Origin: an uncultured Bacteroidia bacterium
GTDB lineage: Bacteria; Bacteroidota; Bacteroidia; Bacteroidales; UBA932
DNA length: 64,000 bases
Direction: 5' to 3'
NCBI GenBank assembly: GCA_902772985.1
Contig: CACYCP010000057.1
Coordinates: 4,643-68,642 of the forward strand
The position numbers and the translations under genes were made by a program. The notes under the pieces are model-generated. The model was not told the origin of the DNA. It ran no database searches and saw nothing but the letters and a program-made list of their open reading frames with translations. This document shows, one piece after another, positions 9,440 through 19,622 of this stretch; within the stretch, counting starts at the first letter, position 1; every line of letters begins with the position of its first letter.

Positions 9440-10641
9440 AACGGAGTCTTGCCATAATATGTCTTCTGCTTTGCTGGTTTGCCGCTTTTCCCCAGAACAA
9501 CATGCGCAAGCTGGAAAGCCAGAGGGCGCAGCTGGAGAAGGAGATCAATCTTCTGAACCGTCAGCTGGAGCAGAATTCCCGTACCAACAAGGAGGCCCTT
9601 TCGGCCCTTTCCCTGGTGCGCAGCAAGATTTCCACGCGTGAGAAGCTCATCCAGAGCTGCGACCAGACGCTCAAGGTCCTGGACGACTCCATCCGAACCT
9701 GCCAGAAAGAGCTGGACCGCCTCCAAGCCCGATATGATACCCTTTCCGCCTATTATGGCCGATTGGTCCGCGGTGCCTACAAGAACCGCGACAGCCGCCT
9801 TTGGTATATGTACATCCTTGCCAGCCGTTCGCTGGACCAGGGCCTCCGCCGCTTCGGTTATCTGAGGAATCTGTCCCACGAAATGAGCGGCCAGGCAAAG
9901 AAGATTCACGAGACATCGGCCGCCCTTGAAGTTGAAAGGGAGCGCCTGAACGGGCTTCGAAAAGAGGCCGGGGCCATGCGTTCGCAGGTGGTGAAGGAGC
10001 GTTCCAAACTTCAGGACGAGGAAACCGAGGCCAACCGCATAGTCGCCCAACTTGGAAAGGACCGGAAGAAATATCAGCAGCAATTGCAGGAGAAGAACCG
10101 CCAGAAACAGGCCTTGAACAAGAAGATAGAGCAGTTGATCAGGGAACAGCAAGCCAAGGCGGCCAAGGGCGGCAAGGCCTCCAGCTCCAAGTCCAAGACC
10201 AAGACCACATCCACCGAGATAGATGCTAAACTGTCCAACGAATTTGCCGCGAACAAGGGCCGGCTGCCCTGGCCGGTGGAGGGCGCAGTTACCGAAAGTT
10301 TCGGAAAGCACATTCATCCGGTCTATTCCAATGTGGAGCTTCCTCCGAACAATGGCGTAACCTTGGTGGTTAAGCCCGGAGCCACGGTGAAGGCCGTTTT
10401 CAACGGCACTGTCACCCAGATAGCAGTGCTTCCCGGATACAACCAGTGCGTCCTTGTTCAGCACGGAGAATACTTCACCCTTTACACCAAGCTGAAATCG
10501 GTTTCGGTGAAGTCCGGGGATAAAATAAAGACCGGCCAGGCTATTGGCACGGTCGATAGCATCGGCGGGGAAGACCTGTTCCATTTCGAATTGTGGAAGG
10601 GCTCATCTCCCCAGAATCCGGAACTTTGGCTCAGGCGCTAG
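9436..10641 (+). CDS. envC: Murein hydrolase activator EnvC family (coiled coil plus degenerate M23 domain)
   Basis: Long coiled coil, GRLPWPVEG, AVFNGTV, VQHGEYFTLY, HFELW. Confidence 0.88.
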   Translation: MKRSLAIICLLLCWFAAFPQNNMRKLESQRAQLEKEINLLNRQLEQNSRTNKEALSALSLVRSKISTREKLIQSCDQTLKVLDDSIRTCQKELDRLQARYDTLSAYYGRLVRGAYKNRDSRLWYMYILASRSLDQGLRRFGYLRNLSHEMSGQAKKIHETSAALEVERERLNGLRKEAGAMRSQVVKERSKLQDEETEANRIVAQLGKDRKKYQQQLQEKNRQKQALNKKIEQLIREQQAKAAKGGKASSSKSKTKTTSTEIDAKLSNEFAANKGRLPWPVEGAVTESFGKHIHPVYSNVELPPNNGVTLVVKPGATVKAVFNGTVTQIAVLPGYNQCVLVQHGEYFTLYTKLKSVSVKSGDKIKTGQAIGTVDSIGGEDLFHFELWKGSSPQNPELWLRR

Positions 10642-11144
10642 CGAAACGGCATCAGAGGCACTGTGCCCGGAATATCGTCTTTCGGAGGTTTCGAATGTAA
10701 ATAAATGATTCTCTGGTTCGGGCTGCCCCGGAAAAGCAGGTCAGTATCCCTTTGTTCCAGAATGAAAGGACCGTCCACCAGCACGTCCAGCCAGGGAAGC
10801 ATGCGGGACATGGATTCGGACTCCTGTATTTCTTCCAGCGTGAATCCGGTCCAGCACCAGATGTCCTTGTCGGTTTCCTCCTTGATGCGGCGCGCTAGTT
10901 CGGTAAAGCCGTCCACCTGGTAGAAAGGATCCCCGCCCGAGAAGGCGACGTTGGACATTTCATCGGCCTTGATTATGTCCAGAAGTTCTTCCACTTCCAT
11001 CCATTTTCCGGCCTTGAAATCCCAGCTCTGGGGATTGTGGCAGCCCTTGCAGGCGTGGTTGCATCCGGCACAGTAAATGGCCGTACGGAAACCAGGTCCG
11101 TCGGCCATTGTCTGTTGCAGGATGTCTAATACCCGTATTTTCAT
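10638..11144 (-). CDS. nrdG: Anaerobic ribonucleotide reductase activase
   Basis: DGPGFR, GCNHACKGCHNPQSW, SGGDP, DVLVDGPF, FRGSPNQR; coupled to nrdD. Confidence 0.95.
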   Translation of the reverse strand: MKIRVLDILQQTMADGPGFRTAIYCAGCNHACKGCHNPQSWDFKAGKWMEVEELLDIIKADEMSNVAFSGGDPFYQVDGFTELARRIKEETDKDIWCWTGFTLEEIQESESMSRMLPWLDVLVDGPFILEQRDTDLLFRGSPNQRIIYLHSKPPKDDIPGTVPLMPFR

Positions 11145-13351
11145 TCGTGCACTATACGGTCGTGGAGTTCGGCCAGTTTGCCGGCGTTCCAACGGTCGGT
11201 GGTGCCCACCAGGTAACCGGTGATTCTCTGTAGGGTATCGATGTGGTGACCATGGCAGTGAGGGCACTCCTTCAGGTCTTTTTCAGAGTTCTCGTAGCCG
11301 CAGTCAAGGCAGCGGTTGCGGTTGTGGTTCACGCTTCCGTAACCGATGTCGTACTTGTCCATCAGGTCCACAATCTGCATGATTGCTTCCGGATTGTGGG
11401 TGGCGTCGCCGTCAATTTCCACATAGAAGATGTGGCCGGCGTTCTCGTACTTGTGGTAGGGACCCTCAATCTTTGCCTTGTGTTCCGGAGTGCAGTGATA
11501 GTACACGGGAATATGGCTGGAATTGGTATAGTAGTCCTTGTCGGTAATGCCGGGAAGGATGCCGAAGGTCTTCTTGTCCCTCTTCGTGAATTTTCCGGAC
11601 AGGCCCTCTGCAGGAGTTGCCAGGAAGGTGAAGTTGTGCTGATAGGTCTCGGCAAAGCCGCTGATCCTTTCGGCCATGTGAGAGATGATGCGAAGTCCAA
11701 GATCCTGGGCTTCCTCCGATTCTCCGTGGTGCTTGCCGATTAGGGCGATGAGGCATTCCGCCAGGCCGATGAAGCCGATGGACAGGGTACCCTGGTTGAT
11801 GACGGACTCGATGGAATCGTCGTCGTCCAGTTTGTCGCTGCCCAGCCAGAGGCCGTTCATGAGCAGGGGGAACTGCTTCTTGAGGGCGGTCTTCTGGAAC
11901 TCGAAGCGCTCGTTAAGTTGCCTTGCGGCAATCTCCAGAGCCCAGTCCAGCTTCTGGAAGAACTTCTGGATGCGAAGGTCCTTGTTTTCTTCCTCCTGCA
12001 TTGCCTCGATGCCCAGTTTCACTATGTTGATGGTGGTGAAGCTCAGGTTTCCACGGCCGATGGAAGTCTTGGGGCCGAAGCGGTTTCCGTACACGCGGGT
12101 GCGGCAGCCCATGGTTGCGACCTCGTGCTCGTAACGCTTGGGATCGTCCGCTTTCCAGGCATCGTCCTGATTGTAGCTGGCGTCCAGGTTCAGGAAATTG
12201 GGGAAGAAACGGCGGGCGCTGACCTTGCAGGCGAATTTGTACAGGTCGTAGTTGGGATCCCCGGGGAGATAGCTTACGCCGCGTTTTTTCTTCCAAATCT
12301 GGATGGGGAAGATGGCGGTGGAGCCGTTGCCCACGCCCTCGTAGGTGGTGTTCAGGATTTCGCGGATGATGCACCGGCCTTCTGCCGACGTGTCGGTTCC
12401 GTAGTTGATGGAAGAGAAGACCACCTGGTTGCCGCCGCGGCTGTGGATGGTGTTCATGTTGTGAACGAACGCCTCCATTGCCTGGTGCACGCGGCCTACG
12501 GTCTGGTTGATGGCGTGCTGCATAGCGCGCTCTTTACCCTGAAGGCCCACGAGATCCCTCTTGAGGTAATCGTCGATCTTCGCTTTTTTAAGCTCGCTGT
12601 AATCGGTATTGCACATTGCGCTCACCTTGTCAATTTCCTCTTCGTAGGTTTTGTGCACGAAGGGGGCAAGGTAGAAGTCGAAAGCGGGGATTGCCTGTCC
12701 GCCGTGCATTTCGTTCTGCACGGTTTCCATGGAGATACACGCCAGCACGGAAGCGGTTTCGATGCGCTTTGCGGGACGGGATTCTCCGTGGCCGGCTTTC
12801 AGGCCATATTCGAGAATGATGTCCAGAGGGTGCTGGATGCAGGTGAGGGACTTGGTGGGATAGTAGTCCTTGTCGTGGATGTGGATATAGTTCCCGGCCA
12901 CGGCTTCGTGCACAGGGTCGCTCAGAAGGCACTCGTCAACATAGCTCTTTGTGGCCTCTGAGGCGAATTTCATCATCATGCCGGCAGGCGTATCGGCATT
13001 CATGTTCGCGTTCTCGCGGGTGATGTCGTTGGCCTGGGCATCGATGATGGTCTCAAAGATTTCGTTGGTCTTTGCTTTCCTGGCTATATTTCTGCGGTTG
13101 CGATAGCGGATGTATTCTTTTGCCACCTCCTGACGGGGGCTATTCATGAGATGGTTCTCTACCACGTCCTGAATCTCCTCAACCGTCATCTCCTCCTTAT
13201 CTATTTTAGAGATTTCGTGAGCAATCTGGGCTGCAAGTACTATATCCTCGCCGCTCTCCGTCACACCCATTGCTTTCAGGATGGCGGATACGATTTTTTG
13301 ATTGTTGAAGTCAACGCGACGTCCGTCGCGCTTTAATACGCTTTTTACCAT
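11141..13351 (-). CDS. nrdD: Class III anaerobic ribonucleoside-triphosphate reductase
   Basis: N-terminal ATP cone (VLKRDGR), TMGCRT, TPAEGL, Zn site CLDC...CPHC, glycyl-radical motif RITGY. Confidence 0.97.
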   Translation of the reverse strand: MVKSVLKRDGRRVDFNNQKIVSAILKAMGVTESGEDIVLAAQIAHEISKIDKEEMTVEEIQDVVENHLMNSPRQEVAKEYIRYRNRRNIARKAKTNEIFETIIDAQANDITRENANMNADTPAGMMMKFASEATKSYVDECLLSDPVHEAVAGNYIHIHDKDYYPTKSLTCIQHPLDIILEYGLKAGHGESRPAKRIETASVLACISMETVQNEMHGGQAIPAFDFYLAPFVHKTYEEEIDKVSAMCNTDYSELKKAKIDDYLKRDLVGLQGKERAMQHAINQTVGRVHQAMEAFVHNMNTIHSRGGNQVVFSSINYGTDTSAEGRCIIREILNTTYEGVGNGSTAIFPIQIWKKKRGVSYLPGDPNYDLYKFACKVSARRFFPNFLNLDASYNQDDAWKADDPKRYEHEVATMGCRTRVYGNRFGPKTSIGRGNLSFTTINIVKLGIEAMQEEENKDLRIQKFFQKLDWALEIAARQLNERFEFQKTALKKQFPLLMNGLWLGSDKLDDDDSIESVINQGTLSIGFIGLAECLIALIGKHHGESEEAQDLGLRIISHMAERISGFAETYQHNFTFLATPAEGLSGKFTKRDKKTFGILPGITDKDYYTNSSHIPVYYHCTPEHKAKIEGPYHKYENAGHIFYVEIDGDATHNPEAIMQIVDLMDKYDIGYGSVNHNRNRCLDCGYENSEKDLKECPHCHGHHIDTLQRITGYLVGTTDRWNAGKLAELHDRIVHE

Positions 13352-13441
13352 AGTGGGATAAGTTTCAGTGCAAACAAAGATAGAGCATCCGCACCAACTT
13401 TCCCAAGATTTTGCAGGAAAAAGTTTTCAACAGCACAAATA

Positions 13442-13469
13442 AGGCCTGTTAATAAAAATTAACAAGCCT
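13442..13469 (-). terminator. Hairpin after the PPTase gene
   Basis: Minus strand AGGCUUGUUAAU-UUUU-AUUAACAGGCCU, then UAUUU. Confidence 0.5.
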
Positions 13470-13474
13470 GTCAG

Positions 13475-14113
13475 TTAGTCACCTACAACCCAAACCAGCA
13501 CGTGTCTGTCGAAGGTTATGTATTCAAGATCGAATTCTTCTTCGTCTTCTTTTTTGTCTATAAAGGTTGCTTCCAGCTCTCCTTCACCGCGCGGGCGGAA
13601 TCGCTCAATCTCGATTTGCTCTGCAAAATCCACGTTGTATCGGCTCAGGAGCTTGAAAATGGCTTCCTTGGCGCACCAGTAAATGGCAAGCTGCTCGTTG
13701 CGCTTCTCGTCCTCCAGGTCATCTATCTCGTCTTCAGAAAGAGCTTTTTTCTCTACGGCCGAGAAATCCCTGTCCAGGGATTCGATGTCTATCCCGCAGT
13801 CCTTCTCCTCGTGAAGGATGACCGCCACGTATTTTTCCGTGTGGGTAATGGAAATGTTCACCGGATTGTTCTCCAGGTAAGGCTTGCCGTTGTCGTGATG
13901 GCTAAGATATACTTTTTCGTCGAAAAGGCTGTTAAGAAGGGCCCTTACCGCAAGCCTCTGCTTACGCATGGACTCGCTGCGGATGAAAGAGATTTCTTCC
14001 ATCTCGTCGGAAGGCGTGGCGCTCAGTTGGATAAGTTCCTCCTCGCTTTCCGTAATTTGCCACACACCTATTGTGGCTTCGTTTTCAAGTTCCTTTTTTA
14101 AATATAGTGCCAT
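13475..14113 (-). CDS. 4'-phosphopantetheinyl transferase (Sfp/EntD-like)
   Basis: NGKPYL, NISITHT, GIDIE, WCAKEAIFK. Confidence 0.9.
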   Translation of the reverse strand: MALYLKKELENEATIGVWQITESEEELIQLSATPSDEMEEISFIRSESMRKQRLAVRALLNSLFDEKVYLSHHDNGKPYLENNPVNISITHTEKYVAVILHEEKDCGIDIESLDRDFSAVEKKALSEDEIDDLEDEKRNEQLAIYWCAKEAIFKLLSRYNVDFAEQIEIERFRPRGEGELEATFIDKKEDEEEFDLEYITFDRHVLVWVVGD

Positions 14114-14128
14114 AAAAGCTTTGTTCTG

Positions 14129-14258
14129 CAAACAACGGGAAACCTACCGAATGCACATCGTGCACCGGCGTCCTTGGTTATGAAAGCTGGATAAACGCGA
14201 CAAAGGGTCGTCCGATTTCACCTGACTGGGAGGCTCCATATTGTTTGTTACAATTTAC
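14129..14258 (-). ncRNA. Candidate structured ncRNA, 6S-like architecture
   Basis: TATCTTTG -7 box at 14270-14263; 17-position closing stem (14247-14231 with 14145-14129, 15 paired); central bubble and internal hairpins. Confidence 0.55.
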
Positions 14259-14325
14259 TTTGCAAAGATAATTCATTTTTGTTAAATGCAACGAATTTCA
14301 ATCAGAAAACGTATATTTGTACAAA

Positions 14326-15498
14326 ATGAAAACTCAGATGCACCCTTTCATCAGAAAACGAAACTATGTTCCGGTACTGGCGACATTTTTTGTAATGGGT
14401 TTTTGTGATGTCGTCGGCATCGCCACAAGTTATTTCAAGCAGGACTTTTCCCTAAGCGAGTCAATGGCAGGGTTTATTCCCTCTATGGTATTCATCTGGT
14501 TCCTTGTCCTTTCAGTTCCGGCCGCCCTTCTTATGAACCGTGTTGGCCGGAAAACCATGGTACAGGCCAGCAATGTCATTACTTTTGCTGGAATGCTCAT
14601 CCCGCTTTTCCACTACAGTTTTGCCACAAGCCTCGTGGCTTTCGTACTGCTTGGAATAGGCAATACGCTGTTGCAGGTGTCCCTGAATCCCTTGCTCACT
14701 AATGTCGTGAAAGGGGAAAGCCTGGCCTCCTGCCTCACTGTGGGACAGGTAATCAAGGCCGCTTCCTCTTTCTGCGGCCCGTTCCTGGCTTTGCTGTCGG
14801 CAAGCGTCTTCGGTAGTTGGAAATACATGTTCGCAATTTATGCCGTGTTCACTGTCCTCTCTTTCATTCTGCTGGAGCTGACGGAGATAAAAAGGGAGGA
14901 AACGCAGGAAGAAGGGGTGTCGGTGCGGAAAGCCTTCGGCCTACTGAAAGACAAGACCATACTCCTTTATTTCCTTGGAATCTTTTTCATAGTCGGGGTG
15001 GACGTCGGCACCAATACCGTATCGGCCAAACTGCTCATCGAGCGTTGCGGAATGGCTGTGGAAAAGGCTTCGCTTGGCGCCAGCGTCTATTTTATATGCA
15101 GGACAGCGGGTGCATTCCTGGGCTCTTTCCTCCTGGCTCGGATGGATGAGGTCAAGTATCTGAAAATCAACATTCTCCTTGCGGCGGTATGTATGGCCCT
15201 GCTGTTCTTCGCTCATTCAGAGGTTTCAATCCTGGCCGGCATAGGCGGAATTGGATTTTTCTGCTCCAGCGTATTCTCTGCCCTTTTCTCCCTGGCGCTG
15301 AAAGCCCGTCCGGAGAAGGCTAACGAAATATCCGGTTTCATGATAACGGGCATTTGCGGAGGATCGGTCATTCCCCCGCTGATGGGAGCGGCTGCGCAGT
15401 GGAGCGGAAGCCAGGCGGGTTCGCTGGCTGTAATCTCCATTTGCCTGCTCTACCTTATTTATTGTGCATTTGTGGCAAGAAAATATGCGAAAGCCTAA
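14326..15498 (+). CDS. MFS sugar transporter (FucP/GluP-like)
   Basis: About 12 hydrophobic helices; TFFVMGFCD, GNTLLQVSLNPLL, RTAGAFLG. Confidence 0.88.
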   Translation: MKTQMHPFIRKRNYVPVLATFFVMGFCDVVGIATSYFKQDFSLSESMAGFIPSMVFIWFLVLSVPAALLMNRVGRKTMVQASNVITFAGMLIPLFHYSFATSLVAFVLLGIGNTLLQVSLNPLLTNVVKGESLASCLTVGQVIKAASSFCGPFLALLSASVFGSWKYMFAIYAVFTVLSFILLELTEIKREETQEEGVSVRKAFGLLKDKTILLYFLGIFFIVGVDVGTNTVSAKLLIERCGMAVEKASLGASVYFICRTAGAFLGSFLLARMDEVKYLKINILLAAVCMALLFFAHSEVSILAGIGGIGFFCSSVFSALFSLALKARPEKANEISGFMITGICGGSVIPPLMGAAAQWSGSQAGSLAVISICLLYLIYCAFVARKYAKA

Positions 15499-17209
15499 TT
15501 ACGATAAATTCCCGGCTACACGCATCAGCGGCACCGCCTTTCTTGGCTGGGAAGCCATTCTGAAGGCATTGGAAGACCGGACAGGGCCCCTTGTAGTCGA
15601 TTGTTATACAGGCGTTTACGAGGCCGATGTCCGGGCGGCCCTTTCTTCCGGCTTCCGTTCGGTGCTCACGACGGAAAGCGTAATGAAAAGCGAAGACGAG
15701 ATTAGCCGCATCACCCGGCCCTTCATGACGGACGACGTGCTTTTCGGTCACGTCACCTGCCTGAGCCTGACGGATTTTTTCGACACCACGAAGCTTGAGA
15801 AACTTAAGGCCGATTTACAGGCGGCCGGCCCGGACATCCTTGTCGTGGGCGTCGGCGCATCACTTCTTGCGCCCTCTCATGCGAGCCTGGTTTATGCGGA
15901 TATGGCCCGCTGGGAAATCCAGCAGAGGATACGCCGTCACGAGGTCAAGGGTATCGGCATAGACAACAGGGCCGACCCTGTCTCCATCCAATACAAAAGG
16001 GGCCTTTTCATTGACTGGAGGGTGCTGGATGCCCATAAAGACCGTTTCTTTCAAAGGATAGACTGGTGGCTGGATACCAACGACGCGGGGACTCCGAAAA
16101 TGATAGACCGGGACACTTTTTTCCGTGGGATGGACAAGACGGCAAGCGGCCCATTCCGCGTCGTTCCCTTCTTTGACCCGGCGCCTTGGGGCGGCCAATG
16201 GATGAAAAAGGTCTGTGACCTGAATCCAGAAGCCCCCAATTACGGATGGTGTTTCGATTGCGTTCCCGAAGAAAACAGCCTCCTTTTCGACATAGACGGC
16301 GTTATTTTCGAGCTGCCGGCGAACAATCTTGTACTGCTCCGCTCCAAGGAACTTCTGGGCGGGCCGGTCGAAGCCCGTTTCGGCAAGGATTTCCCCATAC
16401 GCTTCGACTTCCTGGATACCATCGGCGGAGGAAACCTTAGCCTTCAGGTGCATCCCACGGCCCAATTCATCCGGGAGCAATTCGGCATGCCTTATACCCA
16501 GGACGAGAGCTATTATATCCTGGATGCAGAGGAAGGCGCCGTTGTCTATCTGGGCCTCCGGGAAGGCGTTGATCCCGCCGCCATGATGGAGGATCTTCGC
16601 GCCGCCCAGCGAGGGGAAATGGTTTTTGATGCCGAAAAATATGTGAATAAGCTGCCTGCCCGCCGTCACGACCATTTTCTGATTCCTGGAGGCACTATCC
16701 ACTGCTCCGGGGCCGGAAGCATGGTGCTGGAAATAAGCGCCACCCCTAATATATTTACTTTCAAGCTATGGGACTGGCAGCGCCTTGGACTGGACGGAAA
16801 GCCAAGGCCGATAAACGTGGAGCGCGGAGGCAAGGTGATAGACTGGAAAAGAGATACCGCCTACGTGCACGAGCAGCTGGTCAATCACTTCTCCGATGTT
16901 GCTGAAGCCGACGGATGGAAGGAAATCCGCACTGGCCTTCATCCAAACGAATTTATCGAAACCCGGAGGACTTCCTTCCGTAAGGCCGTGACTTTCCGCA
17001 CGGAGGGGAGCGTCAATGTGCTGAACCTGGTAGAAGGGGAGGAGGCCGTGGTGGAAAGTCCCATCGGCCAATTCGAGCCTTTCATTGTCCACTATGCCGA
17101 AACCTTCATTGTTCCGGCAGCCGTTGAGCAGTATTCTGTCAGGCCTTACGGCCTTTCTGAGGGAAAAACTTGTATGACAATCAGGGCCTCGGTCCGTTTC
17201 CGCGCATAA
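15485..17209 (+). CDS. Class I mannose-6-phosphate isomerase-like protein, long form
   Basis: PWGGQW, FPIRFDFLDT, LSLQVHP, YTQDESYY, PGGTIH (cupin metal ligands). Confidence 0.85.
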   Translation: MRKPNYDKFPATRISGTAFLGWEAILKALEDRTGPLVVDCYTGVYEADVRAALSSGFRSVLTTESVMKSEDEISRITRPFMTDDVLFGHVTCLSLTDFFDTTKLEKLKADLQAAGPDILVVGVGASLLAPSHASLVYADMARWEIQQRIRRHEVKGIGIDNRADPVSIQYKRGLFIDWRVLDAHKDRFFQRIDWWLDTNDAGTPKMIDRDTFFRGMDKTASGPFRVVPFFDPAPWGGQWMKKVCDLNPEAPNYGWCFDCVPEENSLLFDIDGVIFELPANNLVLLRSKELLGGPVEARFGKDFPIRFDFLDTIGGGNLSLQVHPTAQFIREQFGMPYTQDESYYILDAEEGAVVYLGLREGVDPAAMMEDLRAAQRGEMVFDAEKYVNKLPARRHDHFLIPGGTIHCSGAGSMVLEISATPNIFTFKLWDWQRLGLDGKPRPINVERGGKVIDWKRDTAYVHEQLVNHFSDVAEADGWKEIRTGLHPNEFIETRRTSFRKAVTFRTEGSVNVLNLVEGEEAVVESPIGQFEPFIVHYAETFIVPAAVEQYSVRPYGLSEGKTCMTIRASVRFRA

Positions 17210-17210
17210 T

Positions 17211-19568
17211 ATGAAAAAACTGATTATTTTCGGGCTCGCCCTTTTGGGCCTCGCAGCCTGCAGCAGCAAAGAAGACGTTTTGGAACTCGTAAATCCCAAC
17301 ATTGGTTCCGTTCATAGCCGATGGTTCTTTTATACCCCTGCGGCCGTGCCTTTCGGAATGGCGAAGCTCGGGCCTTCGACCAACGGCACTTACGGGAATA
17401 AAAGCGGCTGGGAGGCAGTGGGTTATGAGGATACCCACCGCTCCATAGACGGCTTTCCCTGTTTCCACGAATTCCAGGTGGGAGGGCTGGCCATGATGCC
17501 CGTCGATGGCGAGCCCATCACCGTTCCCGGGCGCCTGGAAGATCCCGCTGCCGGCTGGCGTTCAAGTTTCGACAAGGAGAGCGAATTTGCCAGGCCCGGC
17601 TATTATTCCGTTCAACTCAAGGATTACGGAGTGAAGGCGGAATTGACCGCAACACCCCGCGTCGGCTTCCAGCGTTTCACTTTCAGCCGTCCGGGCGAAG
17701 CCCACATCCTTGTCAATGTGGGAACCCGGCAGGGTGAAAGCGGCGCGGTTAGGGACGCCCAAGTCCGTTGCGAAGGAAAAACCCTTTATGGTTACATAAT
17801 AACCGAGCCGCAATATGTAAAAACCTATCAGGAAGGCGCTACCGTCCAGATGTATTTCTGGGGCGAACTTTCCGAAGAGCCGGACGCTGTTTCGGGCTTC
17901 CACGTTGGGGAAAGCCGCGCGGCGATGCAGGAAATTTCCGGCCCCGGAAGCGTCCTGAGCCTGGATTTCAATTTAGGCCAGGAAAAGCAGATTGTAGTTA
18001 AGTTGGGCCTGTCCTACACCTCGGTAGAGAATGCCCGGGCCAATTTCCAGGCCGAGGCTGCGGGCCTCGGCTTCGATACGGCCGTCGCGGAGGCTCAGGA
18101 GAACTGGCGCGAAATGCTGGGCCGTCTGGAGGTCTCGGGCGGAACCCTGGAGAACCGCATTAAATTCTACACCGGACTCTATCATGCCCTCCTTGGAAGG
18201 GGACTTGCCAGCGATGTCAACGGTGCATATCCAGCCAACGATGGCTCCGTGGGGCAAATTTCCCTTGACCGGAAAGGTCTGCCGCTGCATAACCATTATA
18301 ATACCGACGCCATCTGGGGCGCTTACTGGGACCTTACCCCGCTTTGGGCTCTGGCTTATCCGGAGTATTATAATGACTGGGTTTCCAGCCAGCTGCTGGT
18401 TTACAAGGATGCCGGCTGGCTTGGTGACGGTATTGCCTGCAGCAAATATGTTTCCGGCGTGGGCACCAATATGGTTAGCGTCGCGTTTGCCGGAGCCTAC
18501 AACAGCGGAATCCGGGATTATGACGTGAATCTTATGTATGAGGCCGCACGCAAGGACAACCTGGAATGGAGAGGCCGCATTGAAGGGGCTGGCAAAATGG
18601 ATGTCTATCAGTTCGTTACGAATGGTTATGTCCCCTATCTGGGCGATCCCGGATATCCCACCAATTCCGAGGGTGCCGCTTTCTCGGTATCCCATACGCT
18701 CGAATACAGTTTCAGTGCTTACGCCACGGCCCAACTTGCCAAGCAGCTTGGGCGGGCCGATGATTATCGGCTCCTCATGGACCTGTCGGACGGCTGGGCA
18801 AAGCTGTTTGACGATTCCCTGAAACTGGTCCGCCCCCGCGTCCCTGGAGGCGCATTCATCGACAATTTCGACCCGCTGGAATCCTGGCGCGGTTTCCAGG
18901 AAGGCAACGCCGTGCAATACTCGTTCTATGTTCCCCAGAATCCGGATTCCCTCTTTGCCAGGATGGGTAAAAATATCTTCAACGAGCGGCTGGATTCCCT
19001 CTTTACCGAGGCGCGAAAGAGCATTTTCGGCGGCGGCAAGGTCGCATACGCCTTCTCCGGCCTGAACAGTCCTTACAATCACGGCAACCAGCCCTGCCTG
19101 CATATCCCCTGGCTCTTCAACTTCTCCGGCCGGGCCGATTTAACCCAGAAATGGGTGCGGCTCATCTGTGACGAATTTTACGGGGCCGACGGGGAACACG
19201 GCTACGGTTATGGACAGGACGAAGACCAGGGACAGTTGGGAGCCTGGTATGTTATGTCCTCGATGGGTCTTTTCGACGTGCAAGGAGGGGCGCCTTCGGA
19301 ACCGACCTATCAGATTGGAAGTCCTGCATTCGACAAGATTACCATCAAGCTGAGTCCTTTCAATGCCACTGGGAAGAAGTTCACAATCAAGACGCTGGGT
19401 AATGCGCCGGACGCTTATTATGTTCAATCGGCCCGGTTTAACGGAAAACCGCTGGAAGAAAACTGGCTGTACCGGAAGGATGTTTTCGCCGGCGGAGAGC
19501 TCGTTCTGGAAATGGGAACCGAGCCGTCGGATAGCTGGAAAGACTCCCATCCTCCCGTGGTCAGGTAG
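17211..19568 (+). CDS. GH92 alpha-mannosidase, lipoprotein
   Basis: Lipobox LAAC, PFGM, PGYY, TLEYSF, QEGN, YNHGNQP, DEDQGQLGAWY. Confidence 0.93.
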   Translation: MKKLIIFGLALLGLAACSSKEDVLELVNPNIGSVHSRWFFYTPAAVPFGMAKLGPSTNGTYGNKSGWEAVGYEDTHRSIDGFPCFHEFQVGGLAMMPVDGEPITVPGRLEDPAAGWRSSFDKESEFARPGYYSVQLKDYGVKAELTATPRVGFQRFTFSRPGEAHILVNVGTRQGESGAVRDAQVRCEGKTLYGYIITEPQYVKTYQEGATVQMYFWGELSEEPDAVSGFHVGESRAAMQEISGPGSVLSLDFNLGQEKQIVVKLGLSYTSVENARANFQAEAAGLGFDTAVAEAQENWREMLGRLEVSGGTLENRIKFYTGLYHALLGRGLASDVNGAYPANDGSVGQISLDRKGLPLHNHYNTDAIWGAYWDLTPLWALAYPEYYNDWVSSQLLVYKDAGWLGDGIACSKYVSGVGTNMVSVAFAGAYNSGIRDYDVNLMYEAARKDNLEWRGRIEGAGKMDVYQFVTNGYVPYLGDPGYPTNSEGAAFSVSHTLEYSFSAYATAQLAKQLGRADDYRLLMDLSDGWAKLFDDSLKLVRPRVPGGAFIDNFDPLESWRGFQEGNAVQYSFYVPQNPDSLFARMGKNIFNERLDSLFTEARKSIFGGGKVAYAFSGLNSPYNHGNQPCLHIPWLFNFSGRADLTQKWVRLICDEFYGADGEHGYGYGQDEDQGQLGAWYVMSSMGLFDVQGGAPSEPTYQIGSPAFDKITIKLSPFNATGKKFTIKTLGNAPDAYYVQSARFNGKPLEENWLYRKDVFAGGELVLEMGTEPSDSWKDSHPPVVR

Positions 19569-19622
19569 AAAAATTTTTGTAACTTTGCAGGCTGAAAAAA
19601 GTTTTTTAATACTAATTATATC

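Noticed and set aside
11918-12961. Long antisense ORFs (also 9376-10584, 48125-49435, 51785-53125, 61698-62966)
   Set aside because: Shadows of codon-biased real genes; no motifs or initiation signals.
13424-13464. DnaA-box-like 9-mers (TTTTCAACA, TTATTAACA) upstream of nrdD
   Set aside because: They mismatch the consensus, and one is an arm of the PPTase terminator hairpin.
14144-14239. 31-codon minus-strand ORF MEPPSQVKSDD...MCIR
   Set aside because: Its ATG is buried in the long closing stem; an RNA explains the region better, though the ORF is not excluded.
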